DNA from: a virus | DNA: 15,726 nt | IMG/VR virus record: IMGVR_UViG_3300045988_102084 | Coordinates: 1 to 15,726 of that record | Direction: 5' to 3' (one strand) | Shown: positions 12,281 through 15,726 of the stretch, in pieces | Layout: each line of letters starts with the position of its first letter | Position numbering within the stretch: position 1 is the stretch's first letter | Notes under the pieces: generated by a model | The model's database searches: none | Seen by the model: only the letters and a program-made list of their open reading frames with translations | Told to the model about the DNA's origin: nothing | Made by a program: the position numbers and the translations under genes

Positions 12281-13168
12281 ATGTTACCAACCGATTTTAT
12301 ATGTGATGAAAAGACAAGCCTTGAACAACTATACCTAAGCTATCTTTTCAATATATCATTGAATATGTTTGAATATTCAGACATGCCGAAAAGCGTGGAC
12401 ACGTTTTATTTGGAATTTATCATGCAGACAAGAGGACTATGCATCATTATTGATGATGAACGTTTTGGCCCGACCGCCTTAGAATGTACCATAGGTGGAA
12501 AGATCAATCATTATTACATGCCGACCGCCTATCGTGGCGTGGATCCAACGGGTGAATTGACTGGTACATATAACGCGGAGGATGTGATTTTGTTTAAAAA
12601 CTCCCCTTTATATGCACCTTTACTACCTCAATTGCAATACTATGCCAAACAGCTGGCACTTGCTGCCGAGACCATCAATGTCAATCTGGATGCACAATGG
12701 ACACCCTACATCATCCAAGGGGATAAACGCATGTTAAACCAGTTCAATAATTTTATGAAAAAGGTGCGAGCTGGTGTACGTGCGATCTTCACCGCTAAAA
12801 ACCTGGATTTAATGAGCATGCTACAAGTGCTGCCGACACAGGCGCCATTCGTGGCCATGGATGTCAATGATGTCAAACAGACCATTCTAAGAGAGTGCAT
12901 GACATTCTTAGGCATTGACAATGCCAACCAAGACAAGAGAGAACGTGTACAGAGTGCTGAAGTCTATGCCAATAATACACAGATCATTGCATCGAGAAAT
13001 ATCTGGCTGGCCGAACGTCAAAAAGCGGTGGATGCGTTCAATCAGAAATTTGGAACCAATGTAAAAGTGAGTTTTCGAGCGTATAATGATATGCTGGACA
13101 TGATGGAAGTTAACGACATGAGCCTAGAAGAAATGGCCGGTCTGGAAGAAGGTGATGAAAATGTATAG
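12281..13168 (+). CDS. Portal / head-tail connector (phi29 gp10-like upper collar)
   Basis: ILRECMTFLGIDNANQDKRERVQSAEV...FGTNVKVSFR parallels remembered gp10 [27 protein letters not shown]...YGLNVKVKFR. The ATG directly abuts the tail-knob stop (TAAATG). Confidence 0.9.
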   Translation: MLPTDFICDEKTSLEQLYLSYLFNISLNMFEYSDMPKSVDTFYLEFIMQTRGLCIIIDDERFGPTALECTIGGKINHYYMPTAYRGVDPTGELTGTYNAEDVILFKNSPLYAPLLPQLQYYAKQLALAAETINVNLDAQWTPYIIQGDKRMLNQFNNFMKKVRAGVRAIFTAKNLDLMSMLQVLPTQAPFVAMDVNDVKQTILRECMTFLGIDNANQDKRERVQSAEVYANNTQIIASRNIWLAERQKAVDAFNQKFGTNVKVSFRAYNDMLDMMEVNDMSLEEMAGLEEGDENV

Positions 13169-13886
13169 ACCATTTAAACCGTGCCTTGTGTCTGTGACGG
13201 GCGCCAAATACACAGAAACGATACAAGGCGTATGCTATACGCTGTGTCATAAAGAGATCATTGAAAGCGGATATACATTGACGGATGATGAAATATTAGA
13301 GTTGGCCAGACCTAAAATTTTTGATTTTGACTACCAATTCTATACTGAAGATATGATCAATGAAAAAGGCTATGTATCGAAAAAAGATCTGGAAACGGGT
13401 ATCTTGAATCATTTTTTCTTTGATGAAATAGGGCAAGAGACCTATGCCTACTGGAAAAGAGAATTGAAACACTGGATGATCATAAACATGCCACGTTATT
13501 TCAGCTTATTCAAGACCATTCCTTTTCAGGACCAGGAAAACCCGACTTTCAATACCAGTTATGATGAAGAATATACACGTCAAAATACAGGCAGTTCTTC
13601 CAGTTCTGGAAAAGACAAGGCAACCAATTTGACAAGTTCCACGCCGCAAGGTCGATTGGATCTTGAAGGAACCAACTACGTGGACACTATCGTACAGCAA
13701 ATTAGTGAGCCTGGCAGCAAGAGCGAAAGCGATTCGAATGAAGATTATAAATTTCATCGTGAGGGAAACATTGGTGTACAGACCTTGGCCGAAGTGTTGC
13801 AAGGCTCAAGAGATGCGATCATAACGATTGAAACCAATCTATATGATGAAATGCTAGACTATGGTTTATTCTATAACATTTACTAG
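13161..13886 (+). CDS. Lower collar protein (phi29 gp11-like)
   Basis: ATG 13161 follows AGGTGA-N5 and overlaps the portal stop by 8 nt. It sits immediately after the portal. The core FDFDYQFYTED...LETGILNHFFFDEIGQETYAYWKRELKHWMIINMPRY is typical of picovirus lower-collar proteins. Confidence 0.7.
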   Translation: MYRPFKPCLVSVTGAKYTETIQGVCYTLCHKEIIESGYTLTDDEILELARPKIFDFDYQFYTEDMINEKGYVSKKDLETGILNHFFFDEIGQETYAYWKRELKHWMIINMPRYFSLFKTIPFQDQENPTFNTSYDEEYTRQNTGSSSSSGKDKATNLTSSTPQGRLDLEGTNYVDTIVQQISEPGSKSESDSNEDYKFHREGNIGVQTLAEVLQGSRDAIITIETNLYDEMLDYGLFYNIY

Positions 13887-13900
13887 AAGAAGGTGAGATA

Positions 13901-14653
13901 ATGACATATGAACAGTTTAAAAACATGGTATTAGGAAACGTGTATGACATTGACCATGCCTATGGTGGTCAGTGTTGGGATGGATATGCCAAATTTTGTA
14001 TTGAAAATGGCATACCTTTTGATCATTGCACAGTCAGCGGGTATGTAAAAGATATCTACAACAACCGCAATTCAAACAATCTTTTAAAATATTTCAATGC
14101 GATCTTTACGATGCAGCCGGGTGACTTGTGTTTCTTCAAAGAAACGCCGAACTGGACACCATACAACCATGTGGCGATCTTTGACCATGACAATGGTGAC
14201 GGGTATGGGTGGTTTTTAGGCCAGAACCAGGGCGGAAAAAATGGCGCGTTTAACCTGGCAAAACTACCCTATTCAGCAACATTCTATTATGCATTCAGAC
14301 TGAAAAACATTGACAACAGCAGTAATCAGATTTTACCAGTCAATGAATTGATTGATCAGATACTCCATGAAGGAAGTTATGTCACTTCTATTCCTATGAA
14401 AATAGGTAATCAGGGATTGCAGGTAAAAGAAGGTGCCTTGTGTTGCTATCTGGCCGAATTAGGCGGTTGGTATCCTATTTCATTGGTTGAAGAATATGAT
14501 CATTCGGATGGTGCATTGGATAATGTTTTGATGAATACAAATGCACGTGTGTATCTAACACGTTCACGTGTTGAAAAAGTAGATATTCCAACCAACCGTT
14601 GCAAGATAAATGGAATCTGGGTAAACTGTCAACCATTGATTGAGGTAGCCTAA
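13901..14653 (+). CDS. Endolysin: N-terminal CHAP amidase/peptidase plus a C-terminal putative cell-wall-binding domain
   Basis: CHAP signature YGGQCWDGYAKFC (catalytic Cys) with downstream QPGDLCFF and YNHVAIFD (catalytic His). The C-terminal roughly 110 aa have no clear motif; an SH3b-like role is only a guess. AGGTGA-N4-ATG start. Confidence 0.8.
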   Translation: MTYEQFKNMVLGNVYDIDHAYGGQCWDGYAKFCIENGIPFDHCTVSGYVKDIYNNRNSNNLLKYFNAIFTMQPGDLCFFKETPNWTPYNHVAIFDHDNGDGYGWFLGQNQGGKNGAFNLAKLPYSATFYYAFRLKNIDNSSNQILPVNELIDQILHEGSYVTSIPMKIGNQGLQVKEGALCCYLAELGGWYPISLVEEYDHSDGALDNVLMNTNARVYLTRSRVEKVDIPTNRCKINGIWVNCQPLIEVA

Positions 14654-15672
14654 TGCCTGAAAAGCGTTTTCATTTCTACGTTACTTCACGTGTGAAATCA
14701 TACAATAAATTTATCAATTTCATTGTGGGTGGACGTGGAATTGGTAAAACGTATGGTTTTAAAGTGGACAGTATCAAGCACTATAAAAAGACGGGAAAAC
14801 AGTTTTTCTATTTTAAACGTCACACGACCGACATGAGCACCATTGACACATTTTTCAATGATATTGCACATGAATTTCCAGAGGATGAACTAAGTGTCAA
14901 AGGTGGAAAAAAGTACAATAAATTTTATATCAATGATGAAATTTGCGGCTATGCAATGCCACTATCACGATATAAAACATTAAAATCATCGTCCTTCGTG
15001 AACGTGGACACCATTATTTTTGATGAGTTTTTACCGGAAAAAGGCGGATATAATTTATACATACCAAATGAAGTAGAATTATTTTTAAATGCCATTGATT
15101 CCATTTTCAGACAGCGTGAAGGCCATGTATATCTACTGGCCAATAAAACAAGTATATCTAACCCGTATTTTAATTATTTTAATATCAGTGTGAACCCGGC
15201 CAAAGAGTTCAACACCTTTAAAGGATCCATGATGAAAGAGCAGATACTAATACAGAACTGTGGTGATGATTATGATAAAGGCTCGCAGGAAAAATCATCC
15301 TTTCAAAAACTGATAAGCGGTACACGATATGGTGATTATAACTCCGGTGAATTTGCCTATGATACGAATGATTTTATCATGCGGATGACACCAAATGCGA
15401 AATATATTTGCACAATATACGCAGATGGTATTTACTTTGGATGTTATGTAGATTTTACCGAAGGGAAAATCTTTATCAATCGAAATGTAAACATGGACTA
15501 TCCAGCTGTATATTCCATTGGAAAAGACATGCGCGAAAATATGATTCTTTCCAAAGGCTGGCGATATGACAGAGTGCTATCTATGATCGTTCGAAATTAT
15601 AGGGTAGGAAATGTTTTCTATAATGATCATAGTACAAAGGATATCCTCAACCGATACCTCAGCCTATTCTAG
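14653..15672 (+). CDS. DNA packaging ATPase (phi29 gp16-like)
   Basis: Walker A NFIVGGRGIGKTYGFKV resembles remembered gp16 NFVIGARGIGKSYAMKV. Walker B is VDTIIFDEF. It is 339 aa versus 332 aa. The start overlaps the endolysin stop (TAATG). The last 31 nt lie in the right ITR. Confidence 0.9.
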   Translation: MPEKRFHFYVTSRVKSYNKFINFIVGGRGIGKTYGFKVDSIKHYKKTGKQFFYFKRHTTDMSTIDTFFNDIAHEFPEDELSVKGGKKYNKFYINDEICGYAMPLSRYKTLKSSSFVNVDTIIFDEFLPEKGGYNLYIPNEVELFLNAIDSIFRQREGHVYLLANKTSISNPYFNYFNISVNPAKEFNTFKGSMMKEQILIQNCGDDYDKGSQEKSSFQKLISGTRYGDYNSGEFAYDTNDFIMRMTPNAKYICTIYADGIYFGCYVDFTEGKIFINRNVNMDYPAVYSIGKDMRENMILSKGWRYDRVLSMIVRNYRVGNVFYNDHSTKDILNRYLSLF

Positions 15673-15726
15673 GCTTGAACTATTGGTTTAGGTCGGGCGG
15701 GGGATCGCGGAGCGATATAAATATTG
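15642..15726. repeat. Right inverted terminal repeat (85 bp); genome terminus and presumed protein-primed replication origin
   Basis: Exact reverse complement of 1-85. It overlaps the last 31 nt, including the TAG stop at 15670-15672, of the packaging ATPase ORF. Confidence 0.95.

Noticed and set aside
1266-15143. Eighteen minus-strand ORFs of 64-171 aa in the ORF track (for example 1266..1484, 2585..2872, 5074..5331, 6037..6336, 9424..9774, 12706..12936, 13506..13802, 14949..15143).
   Set aside because: Every one lies antisense within a confidently assigned + strand gene or an intergenic regulatory region. None has an AGGTGA-type RBS, and their translations are low-complexity or Cys/Phe/Ser-rich with no motifs. 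The genome is best read as entirely + strand coding.
1-15726. Possibility that this is a prophage, integrative element or linear plasmid.
   Set aside because: No integrase, recombinase, repressor, partition or att-like features are present. The ITRs sit exactly at the window ends, and the content is a complete virion, replication, lysis and packaging set typical of strictly lytic phi29-like phages.
1-15726. tRNA genes, CRISPR arrays, a reverse transcriptase / diversity-generating retroelement acting on the fibre, and toxin-antitoxin pairs.
   Set aside because: I saw no cloverleaf-like segments, no regularly spaced direct repeats and no RT motif (YxDD) ORF. The only repeats are the ITRs, short coding repeats in the tail knob and lysin linker, and the 13-nt junction cassette.

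Overview
The window appears to be a complete linear genome (15,726 bp) of a small phi29-like podophage that replicates by protein priming. Bases 1-85 are the exact reverse complement of 15642-15726, a perfect 85-bp inverted terminal repeat (ITR). I call 20 genes, all on the + strand and tightly packed. Many use the same ribosome-binding arrangement, AGGTGA-N4-6-ATG.

Gene order from the left:
- four small early orphan genes;
- a bacterial-type OB-fold SSB;
- terminal protein and a family-B DNA polymerase with overlapping stop/start;
- a small ribbon-helix-helix regulator;
- a noncoding promoter-to-terminator unit;
- scaffold and a gp8-type major capsid protein with a C-terminal Ig-like domain;
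- a second noncoding promoter-to-terminator unit;
- a holin-like protein, a tail fibre, a CBM5/12-like protein and a small orphan;
- a gp13-like tail lysin, a gp9-like tail knob, a gp10-like portal and a gp11-like lower collar;
- a CHAP endolysin and a gp16-like packaging ATPase, whose last 31 nt lie inside the right ITR.

There are no integrase, repressor, tRNA or CRISPR features.

Most interesting:
1. Two discrete noncoding cassettes (about 175 nt and about 125 nt), each bounded by a near-consensus promoter and an intrinsic terminator, and each directly upstream of a late gene block. They are candidates for a prohead/packaging RNA or for lambda-6S-like terminated leaders.
2. The ITR overlaps the ATPase coding sequence, and the termini lack the reiteration expected for sliding-back.
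3. A low-GC mosaic segment covers the tail-fibre distal domain.
4. The tail lysin has its domains in the reverse order from phi29 gp13.
5. The tail-knob loop is greatly expanded.
6. A membrane-protein gene contains an in-frame internal start.

All homology statements rest on motifs I recognise by eye against remembered phi29 sequences. No database search was run.
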